Below, piece after piece: positions 25,101 to 37,100 of a DNA stretch of 64,000 bases. The notes beneath the pieces were generated by a model. It was not told where the DNA came from and made no database searches. It saw nothing but the letters and a program-made list of their open reading frames with translations. The stretch lies in NCBI GenBank assembly GCA_047967505.1, contig CM106538.1; one strand, given 5' to 3'. Numbering within the stretch: position 1 is the stretch's first letter; each line of letters opens with the position of its first letter. This DNA comes from Dipteris shenzhenensis (lineage: Eukaryota). The translations under genes were made by a program, and so were the position numbers.

Positions 25101-25700
25101 ACATACTCCCTCCTCTTCTAACCGAGTCTCCATAACTTAAGCTTTGCTGGCAGGTCTCCCTCCAACCTAACTCAGGCTAGAAGGAACCATACTGCTCTGA
25201 TACCAAATGTAACATGCGGAGACTTGCTGTGTGGAAAATAGAAGAATATAAAAGGTAACTCAAGCATGAGAGACACATGAGATTTATCTAACTATAGTAC
25301 AGCACACTGCTTTATTTATACATATTGGCATACAAAACTGTGCTGAGACCACTCCCCTAACTATGACATGCGGGAGATGGAACTATGCTGCAGAAATAGG
25401 ACACCCAAACCTCACACATATGCTGGCTGGAGGCTGGGAGATGAGTCTTGAACTGAGGAAGGCTGAGTGAGTGAAAAGAAGGGCTGAAGGCCCCTTATAT
25501 AGGGCTGGGAACCAGCCAACCTTGGGCCAGCACAACTGACTGGCTGGTCGGTTTTGACCGACCAGGGTGCTGGCCCTTGTCTATAAAACCAGGCCCTTTT
25601 GGGCCATTTTAGGCAGGCTAGATAGCCAGTTGTCACTGCCACCCGGGCTTGACCTTGGTGCATGTGACGAAGGTCCGTGGACTCCCCTGCTTGTACAAAC
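25101..25700 (-). mobile_element. TRIM-like remnant: LTR, PBS, ~75-bp internal region, PPT
   Basis: LTR end at 25208, PBS 25194-25205, then AGAAGAGGAGGGAGTA-TGT at ~25101-25119. The second LTR is missing and the outer boundary is uncertain. Confidence 0.5.
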
Positions 25701-26704
25701 AGTGACCCTTTATGCTAATAGCATGGGCTCCAGCGCTCTCTTGGACCTGCTGGAAAAGAACAAAAACTTAACATAAGAGATTTCTCATAGGGAAGTTGGG
25801 GGTTAAGGCTCACCCTACCCCATCCTACTGGCTGAGACGGATACGATACCTGTCAAAGGGGAGGCATTATGCCAATTCATGCAAATTTGAGAAGACGGAT
25901 GCCAGCAGGATACCTCACAAGGCATAGCTTTTGAGATGGGATGAAATGGATGGAATTATGGAGTATAACAGTTGCTGATACACCAGAGGATGCATGTGAG
26001 GGAGTTAGTGACACAGAAGATGCTTCAAAAATTATGGCAAGACCTAAGGGCAAAAATGCACTTTGCCGACACTATTATGGCTATATATCGATGAGATCAT
26101 GACATTCATTAACCGCCTAGGAGATGAGGGATCACGGTTGGCTGATCTAATGATATAGATACTATTGTACGCAGAGAGGTATCAGTTGAGGGAGAAGTCT
26201 GTTCTTGTCTCCGTGCTTGGAGTATCCTATCGCGGTGTTTGAGCACCTCATGAATGAAACCAGCCAAACATCGCTGGTCTGGGTAGGAGAGGAAACGGGC
26301 CAACATCCAATAACTCTCTTTGAAGAGGCAGTAGAAATGCCCTCGGATCTCATAGTAAACAGGACACTTGAAGATGAAGTGTGCATATGTGCCTCTCCCT
26401 GGGTAACCGCTCTGCTCTGCCGCTCTCGATATGAAGTCTATGTGAAGAGACCCGGAACTGCCCATGGGAGATCCTCAGCGAGTGGGGTAGGTGAATCTGC
26501 GTGTATCCTGGTGGATCAATGAAACCCTCCGTTGTGATATGTAAGAAGTGATCTCTGTAGAAGCCCAGCTTCACTAGAAGATCACTCGGGCCCAACCAAG
26601 TCCGGAATGTGTGTAGCTGTAGTAGATCCTCACGAATAACCTGGTTGACCTTGTGTGATAGGAGGGGAGAGAAAGGAGCATCCATGCTATACTGGAAAGG
26701 AGGT

Positions 26705-27580
26705 TGTTACGCTCAAGTCGAGGTAACATGACCTCGGAAGGGTCAGTCGACATTTTCCTTTAAAGGATCAATGTTTGTATTATATTTGTTTGGGCTTCAT
26801 GTAAATGATAAAAAAGGAATAAAGGTCAAGGTCCTTGGTGAGGGTGACATGGCACTAGACTAGGTGGATCTAAGGCTAAGGGACCTAAATGCATGAAATA
26901 TGCCTAGGGGAAAATGGTTTCAATGATATCCCAAGAGAGGGGTAAATGATGCATTAAAATGAAGACATGTGGCATACTAGATCCATCTAGGGAATTTTGG
27001 GGCTCGTTGGGAATAAGCAAGCTGAAGTTGAAGCTTTCATGTGATCTGATTTATTATTCTAGAGCTTGCTACCACCGAGGTTGGCTGGGAGGTTATTGAA
27101 TGTGCTTGCACCCGTGATTCGACGAAATAGTTTAGGAGCAAGCAAATTTTCGTGTTAGATTTGGTATCAGAGCCGCAGGTGATTGGAAAAGGGGGATCAC
27201 GAGAGGTTTTGGGCTTGGCTAGGCGTATGCTTTTAAGCTCACGGGCTGTTTGTGTCATCTGGTTCACATTATATCCAGTAGTTCGTCAACCTTGGAGTTA
27301 TGTGTGAAAGGATGGTAGGATCGCGTACAGTCGCAGGTTTACAACTTGGTTACCTTTAGGACTGGCATCGTGGGAAGGGACTAGCTGTTGTAATCTTGTG
27401 GTGTCATATATTTCGTCGTTGATTTGAAGGTGTGGAAGACGAGCAGCGCACGACGAGAGCCACTTATGCGATAACTCAGACAGATTTGGTATCTGATTAC
27501 CAGTGTGTCCAGACTGAAGAAAGTGGTAACTGGGCATGGTTCCTTAACAATTCTCAAAGCGAAGCTTGGTATCTTGCTAC
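26705..27580 (+). mobile_element. Truncated LTR element: 5' LTR, PBS and leader
   Basis: TGTTAC at 26705 interrupts the LINE. PBS TGGTATCAGAGC at 27162-27173. The LINE resumes at ~27580. Confidence 0.7.
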
Positions 27581-29856
27581 GCCTGAACTCCCTGACTCGG
27601 TACAGATATGTAATGGGGGTGACCCAAACTCCACTCGAATGATCTGGTGAGGGGCGGATGGTTACCATGGATCATCCGTGATAACATGAGAACCTGTAGC
27701 CGCTCCACCCTGGCCCCCACTCTGTATCTGACAAGTTTGGCCCCGAGCATGGACTGCCATACATCCCTGCTGGGCGGACCAAGGAGTCAAAAAGCAGCTG
27801 GTCCGTGGATCCTGAAAGTGAGAGCGGAAGCACTGCCTCTCTAGTCTAGCCAATGAAGCATATCCTCTGCTCAAGCGCGCCTGCATCGCGGGTCTCATGG
27901 TGAAGATGGGTCCGGAAAAGACAACCCCCAGATAAGTGTATGATGAAACTACCTCAACAGGGACCCATCAAATGCGAAATGCTCATTGCGCATGACGGCT
28001 CGAGATGTATTGAAGATCATAACCTTGGTTTTACCCAAGTTGACCTTCAAATCATGAGACTCGGTTCTCGTCCTCGCCATGAGCTGCTGCTCCTCCTCCC
28101 CGTGAGCTACTGCCCCCCCCTCTCCCTCTCTCAGCCAGCCCCCCCTCTCTCTCCCTCTCCCTCGCTGCCCCCTCTCCCCCCCTTGCTGCTGCTCCTCTCC
28201 CTCCCCTCTCGCCAGCCCCCTCTCCCTCCTCCCTCACCCTCCCTCTCCCCTTTCTCCTCCCCGCCCTCCCTCTCCCCCCCCGCTGCCCCCTGCCTCTCCC
28301 TCCCCGCCCTACCTCTCCCCCACCCGTCAGCCCCCCCGCCCCCCTTCTCCTCCCCCGTCATCCCTCTCCCCCCCCTCCCCGCTGCCCCCCTCCCCACTGC
28401 CCCCTTCTCCTCCGCCCTCCCTCTCCCCCGCCAGCCCCCCCACCCCCTTCTCCTCCCCCGCCCTCCCTCTCCCCCCCCACTGCTCTCTCCCTCCCCGCTG
28501 CCCCCTTCTCCTCCGCCCTCCCTGTCCCTCGCCAGCCCCCCCGCCCCCTTCTCCTCCCCCGCCCCCCTCCCTCCGCCTCCCTCTCCCCCCCCCGCTGCTC
28601 TCCCCCCCAAGGAGACCCCCCCCCAAAAAAAAAAACCTCCTCCCTCTCCCTCCCCGCCCCCTTCCTTCCTAACTCAGCTCCCCACGCCTCCCCCTCAGCC
28701 TACCTCCGTCTCTCCCTTCAGTCTATCCTCTCCTTCCCTTCCCCTCTCTCCTACCCTCTCTTTCTCCTTCTTCCTGCGCCCGTGTTCAGGGCGTCCTGGG
28801 CAGTAGTTTCACGGACAGAGCCTTTTCAGTGTTGGAATCGGCCTTTTCACATCGATTGGCGAATAGATTCCCATTCAGCCAATCTCCGTCCACCTCCACC
28901 GGCTACGAGAACCGTCATTTTTTCAGAAGACGAGCTGCAGCAGCTCAAAAAAGATGTGGAATTAGAGGGCTCCACATCACTTTTCGCCCGCATCTTTGGG
29001 TCACACCCTTCCAGATCACAGGCTAGAGACAGGATGCTGGCGACGTTACTAGGAGACCTTGCCCCTCACCTCAGGGATATTCGACTTTTGGGACGTGGAT
29101 TCTTCCAAGTGGTTTTCGACTCCCATAAGTCCACAGCCCTTGTTCTCAAAGCTAATCCCCTGGCTTTGGGTTCGAGGAGGATCTTTCTTTTGCCCTACAC
29201 CTTGGGCTTCGATCCGATCGAGGAGGACAGGCATCGACTGCTTGCCACTATCGGAGCCACATTCGGAGTGGTCACGGAGATCCCCTTCCTTCTTGGCATG
29301 CCTTCTTCCTCGCCAGAGGCAGTCAGTGCAGACGAGGTGCCTCGTGTTAGGGTCATTGTCTCTGACCCTAACATCTCAGATGACCACATTATGCTTCAGC
29401 ATCCAGACAGCTCTCTCTTTCGACAGAGAGTCGAGATTTCAGGTAGATAGGACCAGTGCATGATTTGCAGGACCCTTGGGCACATTGCTAGAGACTGCCC
29501 AAGGAAGAGAAAAAGACCCAAGAGGTCTTCTGGTGCGGCTCCTTCACGTACTACCACAACTGCACCTCCCCAACACCCTATACCACGCACTCCAGGACCA
29601 CCAAGAGCAACAGGGCGCTCTGCTTCGTGCACCCCAAGACCACCAGGGGCAGCAGGGCACCCAATGCCCGCAGCACACCCAGTACCATGATGGAGAGCTA
29701 TCAGAGCGGCTCCCTTACCTCAGGAGGAGACTTTTGATCCTACTGTTCAGACAGACGCCTTCCAGACTCTAGAGGTGGATGTTGCTGCAGCCCCAGACAC
29801 TACAGTTCCACATCAGGAGGGGCCTTTAGATCCACCAGCCCCAGTCACTTTGGTTT

Positions 29857-32800
29857 CTGATACCATGTTAGAAAATACCCAACAGAGGGTACACGCAACG
29901 GAATACTTATAGTAATGCCCAGGAGCTCACACAGTGTGTGGTGTGGGGTGTGGAATCACAAACTTCTTTACTTATGTGCATTCAATAGATGTGCAGACTC
30001 ATCAATAGACAATGAACCAACCAGATAAAGAAACTACCAAAATATATATTTCCGTCCACAACTATGGACACAATACAAAAGAGACAGATCTAGAGTCCCA
30101 CCAATGATGTGGTCCTCTGATCTTACCACAAGGTCCTTCTCCTATCTGCTGGCTATCTCTAGACTCGAGCCCGCGTGCTCCACCTCGAGCTTCTGTAGAC
30201 TTTCCGTCCAGATCCCTTCCACCTTGCTGTCTTTGTACCAGCCTAGGTGGGCAGCACTCTGAGCTAGGTCTGCAGCTCTACAGCTCTCTTGTCTCCTTCT
30301 GGATAGAGACCCACAAGTGGCTGATCTGCTGCTCCTTCTGCTCCCTGAACTGCTGCTCCAAGTGATGAGAAGTGAGGCCACAAGGACGTCCTTTTATAGG
30401 GCCCCAAGGGCTGGCAAAAATACCGACCAGCCTGCAGCAAACTGGCCGACCAGACTGGCCGACCAGTCTGGCTGGTCCAGCCCTATAAGGGCTCACAACC
30501 CAGGGCTTTTGGGCCCGCACTTCTAGGGCCCTTGGCACTCCAATCTAGGCAAGGGCCCAGCCCTATATAAAGCTGCCATAACTGCGCCTCTGCCATAACT
30601 GCCATAACTGCGCCTCTGCCAGGCCCTTTTCCAGTTCCGCATAGAGCCGTACACCCTGTAGATGTCAGCGCCATGTGATCGCTTTTTGTTCCGGGTTCCT
30701 TGTGCTGGCTACTGCTTTGCCTTTTGCTGCTGCAGATCCATCCTAGCTCCAGGTACCCTCCATCTCTTTGATTCTTGCCCACAACAGCTCTAGATGCATT
30801 GCCCACATGACAGCCAAGATGCTGTCCATGTGGCAGCCCCATCTTATCACTCAATCCCTTCTGGCTCTTGTCCACATGGCATCCAATCAGATGCCCATGT
30901 GACAGACACTCAAACCCTAGGTTCACCCCCCCCCATGCTCTCCTCATATGGGGGCTTACAGATGGGGAGGTGACCTTTCCAACACCCCCTCTCACCGACA
31001 CATCTCGGCCCAATGCCAACACATTGATGACGATGCTCCAGTAACTCCCGGGTCGTAGTTCTCTGGAACCTTTCGGTGTCAAAATCTTTTCCTGGCTTTT
31101 CATCCAGTGGCTCTTGCTCCACCGGGTCTGGTCGCGCCTCCACACACCATCCTGGTACACAAGTCCATCTTTGGTAGCACCTCCTGGCACCACCTCCTTC
31201 AGTCACGTTCCCGCCTTCGAACTCAAGCAATCCAGCTATCACGATCTTCCAGTCGTCCCCCTCATAATGAATGAACAACCTGGAGTCTTCCGGGCACCAT
31301 GCTCTGAGGGTATGTTTCCACGTCCTTCCTGTGGCAAGGTTTGCAACCAATGAATATTTCCAGATAACCTAGACCATGAACTCTCGCCGAGTTCTCAAGC
31401 AGGTACTCTTCTGGCTTCAGTACTCTTTGTCCATCACCTTCTAGCAATCTGCATCCGAGATTTGAAGAAGCACCAATACTTCCCCTTCTGCCTTCGAAGA
31501 AGGCCAATTCCTTCCAATCTCGTATCACCTGAGACAAATGAAGAGCAGAGTCTCTCCACAGCATGCTATAAAGGCTCAAATGCAGAATATCAAATACATA
31601 CCAGACTATTGTACTGCCTGAATGTTTGCCTTGTATTGTCCCCTTCTGAACTCCAGCATCCATCTGACCATGAGACCCCAGGGCCTTCCATGGAATCCAC
31701 CATCGTGTCAGTGTCGACAGCCACACACCTGGAAGGTACCAAGCGCTCCATGCTGTCCTTCACCTTCACAAAGGCATCTGACTCCTCGTCGACCCACATC
31801 TCTATGTCAGACATCCTCACTGTGATTTCTAGATCAACATATCTGACCTCGGTAACACTCGGTGATGTCACCAGGAACAACTCCTTGATTACCACATTTG
31901 CTTTGGCCTCTCCCTCTGAATTTGAGTTAGACTCCTTTTTGTTTTTCTAATCCGCCTTTTTCTTTCTGCAGTCCTTTGCAAAATGTCCTGGCGTATCACA
32001 ATAGAAGCACTTCTTCTTATGCTTCCTCTTTGAAGTCCCCTCATCGTCAGAGTCATCTTTCTTGGACTTGCCACTGTTAGGCTTGCCCTTTCCTTTGCCA
32101 GCGGAATCCTTCGCCAGCATCGCCTTGTCGTCTTTATCCTCATTGTAGGGCTTCTCCTGAGCTTCCTCCTGTAGCAGTAACGGACCCAACTCCTCAAATG
32201 TCAGAGGTTTGATCCTCTGTCCTGCTGTCACAGTCGTAACAAAGCTCTTGAAACTCCGAGGCAGTCTCCTCAGTACCATCAAGGCCAAATGGCATGAGTT
32301 TGTCTTCTGACCAACTGTTGCCAACTGATCCCTCACCACCTTGACCTTCGTCAAATGGCTATGTACCGTATCTCCTTCTTCCATATCAAGATTGTAGAGT
32401 TGATGCTGAAGAAGCAAAATCCGGGAGGTGTTGTCCGTCTCGTACAGATCTTTCAGGGTGGCCCACGTCTCTACCAACATCTCGGCCAGCTGGATATGCG
32501 GAAGCACGGAGTCCGCTGTAGTCCCTATGATTATTGCTAGGGCATGGGCATCTCTGTCTTCCCAAGCTTCAAGCTCCTCTCTGTCTACTGCCATGAGTAT
32601 CTCCCCTTTCCTATCCACCATGTCCTCCGGCTTTGACTCCACTCCCGTGGTCAGCTTCCACAACTTCCGAGCCACTAAATGACACCGGATCTTCACTTTC
32701 TAGATCGGGTAATTAGTCTCGTCCAGGTTCCCAGACTCTCCAAAGTTAGGGATAGTGAAAGAGAGAAAACTGAGGGAGGAGGAAGGGAAAGCAGGGGCTG

Positions 32801-34186
32801 AAGAGGCTGTAGAGGTTGACATCTCTATTGTTTATACCACACAGCAAAGTCAACCATACTCAATTTCAGTAGACCAGAATTCTAAATGCACCTGACTGAA
32901 CCTGAGTCACCCTCCTTCTTGCAAGGGCACAATCCTCCAGTCGTGGAAGTCGATTCCCTAGAGCTTCTGAATCAGGGTCGTCCTTCAGCAAGGTCCCTGC
33001 CTTCAGGCTCCTACACCTGTGAGCCTCCTACTTGGGCTCTGATACCATGTTAGAAAATACCCAACAGAGGGTACACGCAACGGAATACTTATAGTAATGC
33101 CCAGGAGCTCACACAGTGTGTGGTGTGGGGTGTGGAATCACAAACTTCTTTACTTATGTGCATTCAATAGATGTGCAGACTCATCAATAGACAATGAACC
33201 AACCAGATAAACAAACCACCAAAATAGATATTTCCGTCCACAACTATGGACACAATACAAAAGAGACAGATCCAGTCTCCCACCAATGATGTGGTCCTCT
33301 GATCTTACCACAAGGTCCTTCTCCTATCTGCTGGCTATCTCTAGACTCGAGCCCGCATGCTCCACCTCGAGCTTCTGTAGACTTTCCGTCGAGATCCCTT
33401 CCACCTTGCTGTCTTTGCACCAGCCTAGGTGGGCAGCACTCTGAGCTAGGTCTGCAGCTCTACAGCTCTCTTGTCTCCTTCTGGATAGAGACCCACAAGT
33501 GGCTGATCTGCTGCTCCTTCTGCTCCCTGAACTGCTGCTCCAAGTGATGAGAAGTGAGGCCTCAAGGACCTCCTTTTATAGGGCTCCAAGGGCTGGCAAA
33601 AATACCGACCAGCCTGCAGCCAACTGGCCGACCGGTCTCTGGCTGGTCCAGCTCTATAAGGGCTCACAACCCAGGGCTTTTGGCCCCACACTTCTAGGGC
33701 CTTTGGCCCTCCAATCTAGGCAAGGGCCCAGCCCTACATAAAGCATGCCACTGCCCCCTAGCAGCCCTATTTGCTGCTCCACATCTGCGCCTGCACATCC
33801 TGCCATAACTGCGTCTGCCAGGCCCTTTTCCAGTTCCGTACAGAGCCGTACACCCTGTAGATGTCAGCGCCATGTGATCGCTTTTTATTCCGGGTTCCTT
33901 GTGCTGGCTACTCCTTCGCCTTTTGCTGCTGCAGATCCATTCTAGCTCTAGGTACCCTCCATCTCTTTGATTCTTGCCCACAACAGCTCTAGATGTGCTG
34001 CCCACATGACAGCCAAGATGCTGTCCATGTGGCAGCCCCATCTTATCACTCAATCCCTTCTGGCTCTTGTCCACATGGCATCCAATTAGATGCCCATGTG
34101 ATAGACACTTAAACCCTAGGTTCACCCCCCCCCATGCTCTCCTCATATGGGGGCTTACAGATGGGGAGGTGACCTTTCCAACACCC
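29857..34186 (-). mobile_element. Gag-only (TR-GAG-like) LTR element; LTRs 29866-30984 and 33048-34183
   Basis: Paired ~1.1 kb LTRs, PBS 33036-33047, PPT 30985-30993, Copia-type gag and no pol motifs. Flanked by TTGGTTT on both sides. Confidence 0.92.
31947..32822 (-). pseudogene. gag: Gag of the TR-GAG-like element (one in-frame stop at ~32700)
   Basis: LDETNYPI*K, UBN2-like core and CFYCDTPGHFAKDC. Confidence 0.85.
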
Positions 34187-37100
34187 TTGGTTTGTGACCA
34201 CGAGGGGGCTACAGGTACTTCTTCCCCGCAGACCGTTCCTGCCACAGTCAGGACAACCGAGAAAGTGCAGGCGCAGATGAGGGCTACTGATTCCTCTTCA
34301 CCGCAGCCACAGGCCTCCTCAACCCCCAGCGCTAGTTCTGCTGATAGAGGCGTGGCAGGTCCTTCTCCTCCATCTTCCACGAGTGCAGGTCTTCTTTGCA
34401 CTCCTCGGCCAGACTTGCTTATCAGGAATTCTTTTTCGGCACTGGCAGATTCGGCGACTTTCATGGATGATGAGGAGTTTGTGCCCTCCACCTTAGGGGT
34501 CCCGGTCATTGGGATTCCTTCTGACAGGGCCTCCCTTTCAGCAGGTATGGGGATCCTTTCACCTGTTGAGTTTCCTGCCCTTAGTAGGAGTGTTTCGGCC
34601 CAGGGGAAGCTGGTCTCCTCTACTAGGTCGGGTAAGCCTTTCCATCCAGCATCCTCCTGTCGATGAGGATAGTCAGCTGAAACATACAGGGCCTAGGCGG
34701 AGTTCCATACTGTCGCCGTAGGCAGCTGATCCGGAATCAGCTTCATCCAGGCGTCACTGGAGGTGCTATTGATATCCTTTTTATCTAGGAACACAAGCTG
34801 GATGCCAATGATTGCAGTCTGGCAAACTGCTTTCAGGACATACCTTCTGGTTGCCTGCTATGGGCACAAGGGGAGGTACTTGCATTTCGGTCTCTCTTTC
34901 TATTCTCCCCTTGGTTGCTGGACATGGTATTATCTCCCCTTCTAGAGCTCAATGGATCATTATTTTGATTGGAGGGCGTAAGACTGGTCTTCTCAATCTT
35001 TATGCTCCCAACAACAGAGGGGAGCGGATCTCCTTTTGGAAGGAGTTACTCTCTTGGGCCCCCATTGCAGATTCTTGGATCATTGGTGGCGACTTCTACA
35101 AGGTTGAGATGGCATTTTCAGCCTCAGCCTTGGTTTCTTTCTACCTCATTCCTCTGAGGTGTTTTTTATTACATTCTTAGCATGGTGTATTTCCGCACAG
35201 AGCTTGCTCTAGCGGGTTTCTTTCTTACTTAATAAAAGTCTCTTTTTTGAAAAAAAAAAATCATGAGACTCACAAAAGGACTGTAGTGCGTCAAGGTGTC
35301 TTTGGAGCCCCTCTGTTGAGGAAGACAAGAGAGCCACATCATCTGCGTAAAGTAATAACCGGATCAGCGTGCCCGTGAGAGAGCAGCCTACCCCACCCTA
35401 TGCATGCATCACTGTCTCGTCGATGTAGAGGCCAAACAAGATAGGTGATAATGGGCACCCTTGTTTGACCCCGATAGTGCTCATGATCTTGTCTGTCCTC
35501 CAGATCCTGTCCGGACTTTGCCTGAAACTCGCTCATAAAGTGCCATGACAGCCCAAATGATCTCCTGGTCGTAACCTAGATCCTGTAGGCGTCGTATGAG
35601 GCGGGCTCTCGGAACGGTGTTAAATGCCTTGCGGAAGTCCACAAAGCAACAGTGAACCCTTTGCTTCCGTGCCTTCGCCTCCTCGATGATACATTTGAGC
35701 ACGAGAATGTGGTCCATGGTCCCATGATCCCGCTTGAAGTCGGCCTGTCCCGCTGCTCTAAGTCCTCAACACTCCGCAAATCTATTGACCTCAGAATCAA
35801 GTACTGATGCATAAATCTTGGACATGACATGTCCAATCATAATGGTCCTGTAGTTCTTCGGGTTCATGGGATCCCTTGCCTTGTGGATGGGTGAGATAGT
35901 GTTGATGGTCCAAGTGTGTGGAAACCCCAAGCAAACGGCTTCATTAAATAGCTTGGCTAACATCGGGGCTAGGAGGTTAATCCCATATGCAATGAACTCA
36001 ATGCATAGTTCCTCATGATCCTTCGCTCGGCCATTATGAAGTTTCATTACGACATCCTTTACCCCCTCCCCCCCTAGTGAAGAGGGTGCATGATGTGGGG
36101 CGTGGCATATGTGATAGGTTAGGGGCTGGCTGATTTGGGATATCATAGAGCGTGCGTGCATAATCAGACCACACTTGAGTGTCAGTGAGGGGGGGGGGGG
36201 GGACCGTCTCTCTACGCCAGAAGTTCTTAGAGTTGTTACTGAACAAAATGTTCAGTAGCTCCTCCTCGTTCCGACGCACTTTGTTCTTCCTGCGTACCAG
36301 ACGACGGTACTCGTGTTACGCCTCTGGTTCGCTCGGAAGGCTATTTTTTATTCCGAATCTGATCTGACGGCGTAAAGTCTTACACTCATCATCGTACCAG
36401 CTATTACAGGGTACGGTACCAGGAGATGGTGGGCAGCTGGAGCGGGTGGTGTAGGGGAAGGCGTGAAGAGTAGCCTTGTGTAGTTAGCGAGTGACTAGGG
36501 CAGCACGGTCCTCTAATAAGGATATATAGTCAATGTATGCGAGAAGTATATACAAACGGCCAGAGTAAGTAGGTGAGTGATCGCGATCAAAGCGTATATC
36601 ATGGTAGGTGGAGTAAGAACTCAATGGGGTAGAAAGTGCTATGCGGCGAGGGGTAGAAATGCTAAAGAAAAGATAGGTATGATCAGCCCCTGGAGGGAGA
36701 GGTGCTACGGTAAAGTTAGTGATGCAAGATGTGAAGGCAGGGAATCCCATGATATAGTCCACAACACTGGAGCCTCTCCCATGTGGAAAGCAAGTGAAGC
36801 CACCTGATGCGGGCCATTTGTCAAGACCATTATAGATAATGAGATTATGCATCCTGCCGAGGTCTAATAGGGCCTACCCATAAGATGTGAGCAGTCCTCG
36901 TCTGTCAACCGAAACTCGTAGCATACCTGCCTCCTCAAGGTCAATGTCTAGCAGTAGAGTGGAATCATCCTTTGAAGTCGAGGAGTGGTGCGTGACAAGC
37001 GCCTGTTCTCGCGTTGAAGTCCCCAACTAGGAGCACTTCCCCAGGGCTAGAGAAGTCCACAATGGACTAATAAAGAGTAGCAAATGGGGATGTTTGATCC

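Larger units (their letters stand above)
28063..35260 (+). mobile_element. Internally deleted L1-clade LINE with poly(A) and 14-bp TSD AAATCATGAGACTC
   Basis: TSD at 28049-28062 and 35258-35271. C-rich 5' UTR, plant L1 ORF1 (DUF4283-like, CMICRTLGHIARDC), endonuclease NLYAPN..WIIGGDF, then AATAAA and A11. Confidence 0.92.

Noticed and set aside
27940-28806. 288-aa proline-rich (extensin-like) ORF
   Set aside because: Translation of the C-rich L1 5' UTR; it straddles the TSD junction.
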